From: Sphyrna mokarran | Lineage: Eukaryota | Reading direction: 5' to 3' | Length of the DNA: 64,000 bases | NCBI GenBank assembly: GCA_024679065.1 | Contig: JAGIQG010000035.1 | Location: 18,786,001 to 18,850,000 of the forward strand | Shown here: positions 52,801-62,499 of the stretch, piece after piece | How positions within the stretch are numbered: position 1 is the stretch's first letter | Layout of the letters: every line of letters begins with the position of its first letter | Position numbers and translations under genes: made by a program | The notes under the pieces: generated by a model | The model's database searches: none | The model's input: only the letters and a program-made list of their open reading frames with translations | Told to the model about the DNA's origin: nothing

Positions 52801-55800
52801 AACCATGCACATTCTTCCTTTTCAGATAATAATCCAATTCCCTTGACTGCCTTGATTGAACTTACCACCACCATAATGCCAGGCAGTGTATCCCAGATCT
52901 CAGTCGCCTGCTGCATAAGACAGTTTCTTCTCAAACCTCCATTGCTTCTTTTGCTAATTACCTTAAATCTATGTCTTTTGGTTCTTTATCCTTTCATCAG
53001 TAAGAACAGTTTCTTTGCATTAAACTTAACCTGTTCATTCCATCAACGTGTCCAAGTTATATATTATCCTCCTCACCAGTCACAATGCTATCAGGTTTTG
53101 TACCACCTGAAAATTTTGAAATTGCATCTTGTACACCAAAATAGGTCATTTTTATACAGAAGGAAGAACAAGGATTCCAATACCAACCAACTCTTTCTAA
53201 ATGTTCCTCCTTTACAAAACCATCCATTAACCATTTTGTTTCCTGTCACTCATCCAATTCTATACCCATTTTGCCACCTGCCAGGTAGGTAAACGAATAA
53301 CTGGCTTGGTAATAGGAGACAGAGAGTAATAGTGGAAGGGTGTTTTTCTAGCTGGAGGTCGGTCACTAGTGGTGTGCCACAGGGCTCAGTACTGGGACCT
53401 CTTCTATTTGTAATATTATAAATGACTTGGAAGAGGGAGTAAGTGGAGTGATCAGCAAGTTGCAGACGATACAAAGATGGCTGGACTTGCGGATAGTGAG
53501 GAGCATTGTCAGGCGATGCAGCAGGACATAGATAGGCTGATAGCTTGGGCAGATAGATGGCAGATGGAATTCAATCCTGATAAATGCGAGGTGATGCATT
53601 TCGGGCGAAAGAATGTAGAGGGGAGGTATATGATAAAGGGTAGACCTATTAAGAGTATAGAAACACAGAGGGACCTGGGGTGCAGGTACACAAGTCTCTG
53701 AAGGTGGCAGAGCAAGTGGAAATGGTTGTGAAAAAAGCATATGGTATGCTAGCCTTTATAGGAAGGGGTATAGAGTACAAGAGTTGACCTTTAATGTTGC
53801 AGTTGTATAAAACGTTGGTTAGACCTCATTTGGAATACTGCGTCCAGTTCTGGTCGCCTTACTACCGGAAGGACGTGGAGACTCTGGAGAGAGTGCAGAG
53901 AAGCTTTACCAGGATGCTGCCTGGTATGGAAGGTCTGAGTTACAAGGAGAGTTTAGGCAAATTAGGACTGTTTTCCTTAGAAAGACGTAGACTTAGAGGA
54001 GATCTAATAGAGGTGTACAAGATTATGAGGGGTATAGATAGAGTAAACAGGGTTAAGCTTTTTCCTATGATGGACTCGAATAGCACGAGGGATGACGTGC
54101 TTAGGGTGAGGGGGGTAAGGTATAATTTGGATGCTAGAGGGAGTTTTTTCACACAGAGGGTGGTGGGGGTATGGAATGCGCTGCCAATTAAAGTGGTGAA
54201 GGCAGGTAGTCTAGAGTTATTTAAGAAATACTTAGATGGGCACATGGGAATGGAAGGGTATAGAAAACTGATTTAAAATAATGATCATGAGCCTTGGGAG
54301 TCCCTGGGAAGTGTGTAAATAGATGATGATATTAATGTACTTTTTTTTATCCTACAGGTGCTTTGGTCCACCTTGTTGTCTAACGAGGGGCATACACACG
54401 ATGGGTCGTGAGAGGGCTGCTCTTGGATTTTTTTCAAGAGTATCCTATTGCTTCACGTCGTTAGTGTACGCTTGACCTGGACCATTTGATGGGCAATACG
54501 ACAGCTCAGTGACTATTGCTGTGCTGTGCAGATACATGGATTTGGGCCTGTGTCTGTGGGAGTTTGCTCATTCTCCCCGTGCTTGCGTGGGTTTTCTCCG
54601 GGTGCTCCGGTTTCCTCCCACATCCCAGAGATGTGCTCTTAGGCTAATTGGCAAAACAAATTCTCCCTAAATTGTCTCAAATTTGGTTTTTAATCCATAG
54701 ATCTATAAACATAGACAGGGATCGCGAGTAGAGATGGGAACATTGGGGTGGCGGTGCGGGCTCGTTGGGCCGAAGGGCCTGTTTCTCGGGCTGTTTTGTT
54801 CTTTGTTCTTTGTTCTTTGCTCCTTATATTCCATGAGCTATAGTTTTGCCCATAAGTTTGTTGTGTGGCAAGGTAGAAAATGTCTTTTGTAAATCCATAT
54901 AGAGCATATCAACTTCATTGGCCTCATCAAACCTCCTTTCTAATCTCCTGAGGTGTAACTGGGGTTTTAAGGGAGTACTAACTTGCTAATCATTACTGAT
55001 CAGCCTCACTCATTTGTAGGTAGAATATCACATTTCTCCATGATGATAAAACATTTACATTTTTGATTTTGTTCATATAACATTCATATAACATTTTGTT
55101 CATATAACATTCATAGTCCAATGTGTATGCCCCAATCAATGATGTTGCTCAGTGGAAGTTTTTAAAGTACAAATTTGATGGTGCCTTTGACTTTCTGCAG
55201 TTTGAATATTTGGAGGATTAGCTGCACGATATCATCGTTACTGGTACTTGGAAATTCCCAGGGCTTGACATTGCAAAAAGGGGAATTCATTGCCACATTT
55301 TAATGAGTGGTTTTCTCTGCAGTCAGAGGCGAACTTCTTCCACAAAACCAGGAAAAAGACAAACTACCCACCTGTGTAGAACCCAAAGAATCACTCATTG
55401 ATATTGATCTATTGGAGCAATGAATACTGAAGGGACATCTGTGTACACAATCTCCCATATACTGCACAATCTCTCACTCATTTACAAATCAGCACAAGAA
55501 TCTGGATAACAAGCCTGGCAACCTTCCAGCTTGCTTTTACTGAAGGGTGACTTTAGCTTCCTTTGCTGTCAGTCCCAAAGCTGTATAGACAAAGGTGGAG
55601 GGTGTGGAAAGCCTGCAGAGGGATCTGGATAGGTTGAGTGAGTGGGCGAGGACCTGGCAGATAGAGTATAATGTTAGCAAGTGTGAGGTTATTCACTTTG
55701 GTAGGAATAATGGTAGGAAGGATTACTATTTAAATGGAGAAAAGCTGCAACTTGCGACGGTGCAGAGGGACCTGGGGATCCTTGTACACAAATCGCAAAT

Positions 55801-57475
55801 CACAGTCTGCAGGTGCAGCAGGTGATCAAGAAAGTGAATGCAATGTTGGCCTTTATAGCGAGGGGGATAGAATATAAAAGTAGGGAGGTACTTTTGCAGC
55901 TGTATAGGGTACTGGTGAGGCTGCAGCTGGAGTACTGTGTGCAGTTTTGGTAGCCATATTTGAGGAAGGATATATTGGTCTTGGAGGGGTGCAAAGAAGG
56001 TTTACTAGGCTGATATCGGAGATGAGGGTGTTGGATTATGAGGAGAGACTAAATAGGCTTGGTTTGTACTCTTTGGAGTTTAGAAGGCTGAGAGGGGATC
56101 TTATAGAGATGTATAAGATAATGAAGGGGATGGATGGAGTAGAGGTTGAGAGACTCTTCCCACTTAACAAAGATAGCAGGACTAGACAGCACAGTCTCAA
56201 GGTTGGGGGGTGCGGTTCAGATCAGAGTTGAGGAGGAATTTCTTCACACAAAGGATAATTAATCTTTGGAATTCTCTGCCTGATGAGGTGGTGGAGGCTT
56301 CCTCGCTAAATATGTTCAAATCAAGAGTGGATAGGTTTTTTGATTGACAAGGGAATTAAGGGTTACAGGGAGAAAGTGGGAAAGTGGTACTGAACCACTA
56401 CAGATCAGTCATGATCTTATTGAATGGTGGGGCAGGCTCGAGGGGCTGGATGGCCGACTCCTGCTCCTATTTCTTATGTTCTTATGTTTTATGTATAGAC
56501 GCTGTTAAGATGTGGAGATGCCGGTCTTGGATTGGGGTAAACACAGTAAGAAGTCTCATAACACTAGGTTAAAGTTGGCTTTTGCTTCCAAATAAACCTG
56601 TTGAACATTAACCTGGTGTTGTAACTTTTTACTATGCAGACACCGTTAAACCAGATCCCCATTCCCCGAACCCATTCCAGCTTCCTCTGTGCTGCAACTT
56701 GTTGCATGTTGGGTTTCATGTAATCATAGAATCGTCAGAGTACAGAAGATGCCATTCGACCCATCGAGCTTGCACTGGCTCTCTCAGAAAGAGAAAGCAA
56801 GACAAACTCTGTGGATAAATTGTGGAATACAGTTTGTTTACTGAAATTGGAGCTGGATCGTTGGTGCCTTCGTGTACAGAGGAATGCAGAGTGAAATCTA
56901 ATGTGTCTGTATACTGCTCCGTTACTAACACTGACACACCAAAGCTGCAGAGACTTCTTTTTCACTGGAATCTCAGTGTGACCAACGTATCCTTCACTTC
57001 CCGGAGTAACTTCCCATTCGTTCGGGTTAACGTGAGCAGAGGTTACCGTCAGTGGGAAACAATTTATAATATACCATAAATGAATTACTACAAAACACAA
57101 GAAACACGGGGGGAGGGGATTAGTTAATGCGATATCTTAGTACAAGACAACATAGGCGTGAATCGGAGCAACATTTCAAACCTGAACTTAAATAAATCAT
57201 TCTCTTGGCTTCTTTGAGAACATTGCAGAAACATTCCCAATATTCTTATTCCTGATGATAATGAAGAATTAATTAAATGGCGATGAAGTTAAAGGATTAC
57301 AAAACAAAGGCACTGAATTATCCTCACTACAAACATTGTCGATACAGTAGAAATTTACCCAGGAAATCATACCAATGTATTTTAAATAGTGTTTCTTTTA
57401 CCTACCTGTTACAGTAAAGATCAAGGCGGTGAAGAAGCCAGCGGAACCATCAGCTGAAGTGATGCTAAAACCCAT
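19591..57475 (-). CDS. Gene B: complete 7-exon ICAM/VCAM-1-like Ig-superfamily adhesion molecule (signal peptide, 5 Ig domains, TM, cytoplasmic tail), 577 aa
   Basis: Join of 57475-57406, 49904-49635, 47819-47505, 40729-40436, 37445-37158, 27227-26946 and 19805-19591. All introns are GT-AG and phase 1. Total 1734 nt, open to TAA. D1 has the two C-x3-C motifs of the ICAM/VCAM/MAdCAM N-terminal domain. Confidence 0.88.
19995..20325 (+). mobile_element. CR1 3' fragment
   Basis: RLFPR..TRGH..FFTQRV..WN motif and a ttctatgttc tail. Confidence 0.85.
20715..22396 (+). mobile_element. Degraded CR1 ORF2
   Basis: Decayed SDHN, YLDFQKA and PQGSVLG motifs, plus [14 protein letters not shown]. Confidence 0.85.
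22606..23395. repeat. 38-bp minisatellite (CACTGAGTTACTAACATCCTGCACCGTGTACCACAGCT), about 18 units
   Basis: Head-to-tail tandem units, interrupted by a copy of the left flank starting at 22928. Confidence 0.95.
23490..26420 (+). mobile_element. Young 5'-truncated CR1 LINE with nearly complete ORF2 (APE plus RT); one premature stop and a few frameshifts
   Basis: ORFs spanning 23409-26335 carry [42 protein letters not shown] and RPHLEYC. Ends in a (GTTCTAT)n tail. Confidence 0.95.
26946..27227 (-). CDS. Gene B exon 6, membrane-proximal Ig domain
   Basis: Acceptor tttccag|AT, donor AG|gtccgt, 282 nt. Translation includes [20 protein letters not shown]...[12 protein letters not shown]. Confidence 0.92.
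27937..28072 (-). pseudogene. Degenerate half Ig-domain exon (pseudo-exon) of gene B
   Basis: Encodes PQIFWTKDG...SGLYKCTS, the C-terminal part of an Ig domain. The donor gtaagt is intact, but the N-terminal half with the first Cys is missing. The length from the nearest AG is 136 nt, which would shift frame. Confidence 0.7.
29040..30895 (+). mobile_element. Degraded CR1 ORF2 (endonuclease to mid-RT)
   Basis: IYRSPN..MGDFN..SDHN and [14 protein letters not shown]. Confidence 0.9.
31275..32190 (+). mobile_element. CR1 3' fragments (31275-31665 and 31880-32190)
   Basis: [19 protein letters not shown], a TRGHG/FFTQRVV region and a ttctat tail. Confidence 0.85.
32393..34378 (-). mobile_element. 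CR1 RT and 3' end, interrupted by a + strand CR1 3' fragment (33281-33885) with 7-bp target-site duplication TGTCATC
   Basis: The host FADDTK codons are split. tgtcatc occurs at both 33274-33280 and 33886-33892. Confidence 0.9.
34975..37090. mobile_element. Old CR1 remnants (+ 34975-36420, - 36420-37090)
   Basis: Decayed YRPPNS, PQGS.LG and FADDTK motifs, then minus-strand 3' ends. Confidence 0.7.
37158..37445 (-). CDS. Gene B exon 5, Ig domain D4
   Basis: Acceptor ttttacag|TT, donor T|gtaagt, 288 nt. Translation includes [11 protein letters not shown]...QYICEAEM. Confidence 0.9.
37610..39950. mobile_element. CR1 fragments (- 37610-39010, + 39185-39950) with a SINE tail (39030-39180)
   Basis: KCEVIHF..QRDLGV motifs on both strands. 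Confidence 0.8.
40436..40729 (-). CDS. Gene B exon 4, Ig domain D3
   Basis: Acceptor ttgcag|CT, donor G|gtaag, 294 nt. Translation includes [24 protein letters not shown]. Confidence 0.92.
41250..42395 (-). mobile_element. 5'-truncated CR1, same family as 9529-14215 (long V-SINE-containing 3'UTR)
   Basis: Highly similar to 9530-10690. Confidence 0.93.
43028..43587 (-). mobile_element. Possible solo LTR
   Basis: TG...CA ends with short inverted termini (tgctgtgggaaatt and aatttccccacaaca). Minus-strand AATAAA near 43080. No clean target-site duplication. Confidence 0.45.
44215..47305 (+). mobile_element. HE1/V-SINE-like SINE split in two (44215-44460 and 47221-47305) by a minus-strand CR1 3' fragment (44461-44772) plus a minisatellite
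   Basis: The SINE breaks at ...gtagggatag and resumes at tagggcctg...gactcgatgggccgaatg...ctatgattct. Confidence 0.8.
44785..47190. repeat. 34-35-bp minisatellite (CAGTACAGTGCTGTCTTTACAGACACTGGGGTTCG and variants), about 70 units
   Basis: Continuous tandem array. It is the source of the repetitive ORFs at 44665-47242. Confidence 0.97.
47505..47819 (-). CDS. Gene B exon 3, Ig domain D2
   Basis: Acceptor taacag|AT, donor T|gtaagt, 315 nt. Translation includes [25 protein letters not shown], typical of ICAM/VCAM D2. Confidence 0.93.
48518..48544. repeat. (CT)n microsatellite
   Basis: ctctct run. Confidence 0.9.
49006..49438 (+). repeat. Left arm of a perfect 433-bp inverted repeat
   Basis: Base-by-base reverse complement of 50988-51420. 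No mismatch or indel found. Confidence 0.97.
49635..49904 (-). CDS. Gene B exon 2, Ig domain D1 (ICAM-type N-terminal, predicted integrin-binding domain)
   Basis: Acceptor cggcag|CA, donor A|gtaagt, 270 nt. Translation includes NCSTTC...IMVEYK...PCYVRC. Confidence 0.92.
50988..51420 (-). repeat. Right arm of the perfect 433-bp inverted repeat
   Basis: Reverse complement of 49006-49438. Confidence 0.97.
51590..52790 (-). mobile_element. Degraded CR1-clade LINE RT region
   Basis: [23 protein letters not shown] and [16 protein letters not shown]. Confidence 0.8.
53281..54819 (+). mobile_element. 5'-truncated young CR1, same family as 9529-14215, nested in an older minus-strand CR1
   Basis: Runs from PQGSVLGP to GYRKLI*, then the same long 3'UTR and a (TTCTTTG)n tail. 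The host continues at 53030-53280 and 54820-55000. Confidence 0.93.
55590..56490 (+). mobile_element. CR1 3' fragment
   Basis: [13 protein letters not shown] and [19 protein letters not shown], ending in a (TTCTTATG)n tail. Confidence 0.9.
57406..57475 (-). CDS. Gene B exon 1, signal peptide [23 protein letters not shown]
   Basis: ATG at 57475-57473, 70 nt, donor ACAG|GTAGG in phase 1. Homologous to the 7275-7341 exon. Not in the ORF track. Confidence 0.8.
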
Positions 57476-57538
57476 GATTCTGATTTTGAAATACGACGCA
57501 ATGCTGTCGGAAACTTACTTCAATGGCAGTAAAAATCC

Positions 57539-57578
57539 TGTCCCGGAAACGATAATAATCCCAGTGCGGAGAATTCCA
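57539..57578. promoter_or_regulatory. Gene B proximal promoter: GAS-like plus kB-like module
   Basis: TGTCCCGGAAA at 57539-57549 and GCGGAGAATTCCA at 57566-57578. Same order and similar spacing as in gene A. Confidence 0.6.
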
Positions 57579-57761
57579 GACTTCACACACTGGCAAACTG
57601 CAAGCGAAAGGATATTGCAATCTACACAGGCGGTCAGATAATAAAAGCAGAAACACATTGTACAAATAGAATCTCTGCATGAAATAGAGAAGATTCTGTT
57701 TCTGGTAATTCCTACTGAGAGCAAGAAAATGCTGCCGGTTACCCATTTACTCCAAAACATC

Positions 57762-59503
57762 CTCACTGAGGTTCCTTCCTCATTCCGAGTCACTCATTGA
57801 GGTTCCCTGATTCTGAATCACTCATTGAGGTTCCTTCCTCATTCCGAGTCACTCATTGAGGTTCCCTGATTCCAAATCACTCAATGAGGTTCCCTCATTC
57901 CGAGTCACTCATTGAGGTTCCCTGATTCCAAATCACTCAATGAGGTTCCCTCATTCCGAGTCACTCATTAAGGTTCCCTGATTCCAAATCACTCATTGAG
58001 GTTCCCTCATTCCGAGTCACTCAATGAGGTTCCCTCATTCCGAGTCACTCAATGAGGTTCCCTCATTCCGAGTCACTCATTGAGGTTCCCTGATTCTGAA
58101 TCACTCATTGAGGTTCCCTCATTCCGAGTCACTCAATGATGTTCCCTCATTCCGAGTCACTCATTGAGGTTCCTTCCTCATTCCGAGTCACTCATTGAGG
58201 TTCCCTGATTCCAAATCACTCAATGAGGTTCCCTCATTCCGAGTCACTCATTGAGGTTCCCTGATTCCAAATCACTCAATGAGGTTCCCTCATTCCGAGT
58301 CACTCAATGAGGTTCCCTCATTCCGAGTCACTCATTAAGGTTCCCTGATTCCAAATCACTCATTGAGGTTCCCTCATTCCGAGTCACTCAATGAGGTTCC
58401 CTCATTCCGAGTCACTCATTGAGGTTCCCTGATTCTGAATCACTCATTGAGGTTCCCTCATTCCGAGTCACTCAATGAGGTTCCCTCATTCCGAGTCACT
58501 CATTAAGGTTCCTTCCTCATTCCAAGTCACTCATTGAGGTTCCCTCATTCCGAGTCTCTCAGTGAGGTTCCCTCATTCCGAGTCTCTCAGTGAGGTTCCT
58601 TTCTCATTCTGAATCACTCATTGAGTCTTCCTCCTCATTCCAAATCACTCATTGAGGTTCCCTCATTCCGAGTCTCTCAGTGAGGTTCCTTTCTCATTCT
58701 GAATCACTCATTGAGGTTCCCTCATTCCGAGTCTCTCAGTGAGGTTCCCTCATTCCGAGTCTCTCAGTGAGGTTCCCTCATTCCGAGTCACTCATTGAGG
58801 TTCCCTCATTCCGAGTCACTCATTGAGGTTCCCTCATTCCGAGTCTCTCATTGAGGTTCCCTCATTCCGAGTCTCTCATTGAGGTTCCCTCATTCCGAGT
58901 CTCTCATTGAGGTTCCCTCATTCCGAGTCTCTCAGTGAGGTTCCCTCATTCCGAGTCTCTCAGTGAGGTTCCCTCATTCCGAGTCACTCATTGAGGTTCC
59001 CTCATTCCGAGTCACTCATTGAGGTTCCCTCATTCCGAGTCTCTCATTGAGGTTCCCTCATTCCGAGTCTCTCATTGAGGTTCCCTCATTCCGAGTCTCT
59101 CATTGAGGTTCCCTCATTCCGAGTCTCTCATTGAGGTTCCCTCATTCCGAGTCTCTCAGTGAGGTTCCCTCATTCCGAGTCTCTCATTGAGGTTCCCTCA
59201 TTCCGAGTCTCTCAGTGAGGTTCCCTCATTCCGAGTCTCTCATTGAGGTTCCCTCATTCCGAGTCACTCAGTGAGGTTCCCTCATTCCGAGTCTCTCATT
59301 GAGGTTCCCTCATTCCGAGTCTCTCAGTGAGGTTCCTTTCTCATTCTGAATCACTCATTGAGTCTTCCTCCTCATTCCAAATCACTCATTGAGGATCCTT
59401 CATTTCGAATCACTCATTGAGATTCCCTCATTCTGAATCACTCATTGAGTCTCCCTCCTCATTCCGAGTCACTGACTGAGGTTCCCTCATTCCGAGTCAC
59501 TCA
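57762..59503. repeat. 28-bp minisatellite (GAGTCACTCATTGAGGTTCCCTCATTCC), about 60 units, continuing at 60781-60920
   Basis: Tandem array starting about 290 bp upstream of the gene B ATG. Confidence 0.97.
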
Positions 59504-60780
59504 AAGAACAAAGAACAAAACAGCACGGGAAACAGGCCCTTCGGCCCAACGAGCCCACGCCGCCACCCCGATGTTCCCACCTCTACCCATGATCCCTGTC
59601 TATGTTTATAGATCTATGGATTAAAAACCAAATTTGAGACAATTTAAGGAGAATTTGTTTTGCCAATTAGCCTAAGAGCACATCTTTGGGATGTGGGAGG
59701 AAACCAGAGCACCCGGAGAAAACCCACGCAAGCACGGGGAGAATGCACAAACTCCCACAGACATAGGCCCAAATCCATGTATCTGCACAGCACAGTGATA
59801 GTCACTGAGCTGTCATGTCGCCCATCAGATGGTCCAGGTCAAGCATAGAACATAGAACATTACAGCACAGTACAGGCCCTTCGGCCCTCGGTGTTGCGCT
59901 GGCCAGTGGACCCTCTAACCTAAACTATTCCAATATCATCCATATGCCTATCCACCGAACATTTGAATGCCCCCAAAGGAGGCGAGTCCACAACTGCTGC
60001 AGGCAGGGCATTCCACGCTCTCACCACCCTCTGTGTAAAGAACCTGCCTCTGACATACGTCCTATAACTACCACCTCTTAATTTAAAGTTATGTCCCCTC
60101 GTGTTGGTCATCACCATCCGAGGAAAAAGGCTCTCACTATCCACCCTATCCAATCCCTTGATCATCTTATACACCTCAATTAGGTCACTGCATAACCTTC
60201 TTCTCTCTAATGAAAATAACCTCAGGTCCCTCAGCCTTTCCTCATAAGGCCTTCCCACCATACCAGGCATCATCCTGGTAAACCTCCTCTGCACCCTTTC
60301 CAATGCTTCCACATCTTTCTTATAATGCGGCGACCAGAACTGTACGCAATACTCCATATGCGGCCGCACCAGAGTTTTGTACAGTTGTAACATAACCTCA
60401 TGGCTCCTAAATTCAATCCCTCTATCAATAAAAGCTAACACACCGTACGCCTTCTTAACAACTTTATCAACCTGGGTGCCAACTTTCAAAGATCTATGTA
60501 CTTGTACGCCAAGATCCCTCTGCTCGACAACACTATTAAGGGTCAATCCATTAACCCTATATTTCATATGCCTGTTATTCCTACCAAAGTGAATCACCTC
60601 ACACTTATCCGTATTGAATTCCACTTGCCACCTCACGGCCCAGCTCTGCAACCTATCTATGTCCCATAGATAGGTACAGTAAGCGTACACTAACGACGTG
60701 AAGCACTAGGATACTCTCAAAAAAAATCCAAGAGCAGCCCTCTCACGACCCATCGCGTGTTGTTAGACAACAAGGTGGAC
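59504..60780 (-). mobile_element. CR1 3'UTR copy (59504-59844 plus 60681-60780) interrupted by a second CR1 3' fragment (59845-60680), all inside the minisatellite
   Basis: The host 3'UTR resumes with AAGC duplicated. The inner element encodes the RT C-terminus (ORF 59920-60690). Confidence 0.92.
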
Positions 60781-61289
60781 TCATTGAGATTCCCTCATTT
60801 TGAGTCACTCATTGAAGTTCCCTCATTCTGAATCGCTCATTGAGTCTCCCTCCTCATTCCGAGTGACTGACTAAGGTTTCCTTATTCTGAGTCACTTGTT
60901 AAGGTTCCCTCCTCATTCCCGATTATTCTTTCCAGGTACCTCCTCACACCTGGTTGCTGGTTCCTTCTATCTCACATTATCCTATCTCACTGTTAGGGCT
61001 TGAAAAAAAGCTGCTCCAGCCATTACCAATATTAAAACTCCAGATTCATTCATACCAGCACTTGTTAATCTGTCTCAAAATCTAAACTAAGGTCATGGTT
61101 TAGCACGTGGCAGTGCTTTGCAGACTTGGACAACTGATAACAGGCACCTCTAAGCACCTGAGAGGTACAAGTGGGACCTTTACAAGATCTGGTAGCAAGT
61201 AAGAGGATCCAACACTGCACCTTCTTCCAAGCCAACATGCCCAGCAGTGGGGCACTGAGATTGCAAATGCAGCTCTTTTGGGTAGGTTA

Positions 61290-61690
61290 TGCCACTTGTG
61301 TGCCTGACACCAGTCTTGAAGCAGCTGGTCTATTCGAATCTTAGTTCCAGCAAGACACCTCCCAGGAGGACATTGAAAATGCTTTAGGGAAGTCATCCCT
61401 GAAGAGGTCAAACATTCCTGTTGATAAATGTGACCACCCAATATGGGGAAAGCTCATTCAGGAAGGCACTGAACACATTAAGACAAACTTTCTTTGGGAA
61501 AATGCAGGGGGAAGGCCAGGTGTCAGAGGAAGTGCACAACCCTCAAAGTCATCTATCTATCCAAGTCTTGAAGCAGTACCCACTTCACTTGTGACAGTGT
61601 GCAGACCATACACAGAACTTATTAGCTATTCAAAACTCAATGTAGAAACAAATATCTTCAATCCCAAGGGATTGCCTTGGAGAAGAAGAC
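61290..61690 (+). mobile_element. Decayed RTE-like LINE 3' end
   Basis: Decayed GGQ.K.F.D-like and C..C....GL.SH-like codons, ending in a gaagaaga tail. Confidence 0.5.
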
Positions 61691-61907
61691 TGTAGTTACA
61701 TTGTCAACAACACTGGAGGGAGCAGTCTATATGGAGACAGCAAAAACACCTTGAAAATCAGGACATGAGTAAACAATTTGTAACAGTCTTTACTGTGTAG
61801 AATGGGAATAAAGTGACAAGTGGGTAATGAGGAAAATCATGAGGCAAATAATGGATAAATCTCTGGGATTTCCGTTCTACTGGACAGCTTGAAAGTGCTA
61901 TACATGT

Positions 61908-62403
61908 AGACATAGAACATAGAACATTACAGCGCAGAACAGGCCCTTCAGCCCTCGATGTTGTGCCGACCAATTAAGAAAAAGCAGTGACCCTCTAACC
62001 TAAACCATTCTCTTTTCGTCCATAAACTTATCTACTAACCTCTTAAACGCCACCAAATGTGGCGCATCTACAACTGCCGCAGGCAGGGCATTCCATACCC
62101 TAACCACCCTCTGGGTAAAGAACCTACCTCTGACATCCATCCTATGACTACCACCCCTTAATTTAAAGCTGTGTCCCCTCGTGCTAGCTTTTTCCATCCT
62201 AGGAAAAAGGCTATCACTGTCCACCCTATCTAAACCTCTAATCATCTTATATGTTTCAATAAGGTCTCCTCTTAGCCGCCTTCTTTCTAACGAAAACAAC
62301 CTCAAATCCCTCAGCCTCTCTTCATAAGACCTGCCTTCCATACCAGGCAACATTCTGGTAAACCTCCTCTGTACCCTCTCCAATGCCTCCACATCTTTCT
62401 TAT
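61908..62403 (-). mobile_element. CR1 3' fragment
   Basis: [15 protein letters not shown]...FFTQRVV and a (CATAGAA)n tail. Confidence 0.92.
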
Positions 62404-62499
62404 GTAGAACCTAATAAGCAAGCAACTTTCTCTACAGACTGATCCTATCCCTTAAACCACCTGTGAAGGAAGTCTCTGGAAAGTCAAAGAAACTGATCA

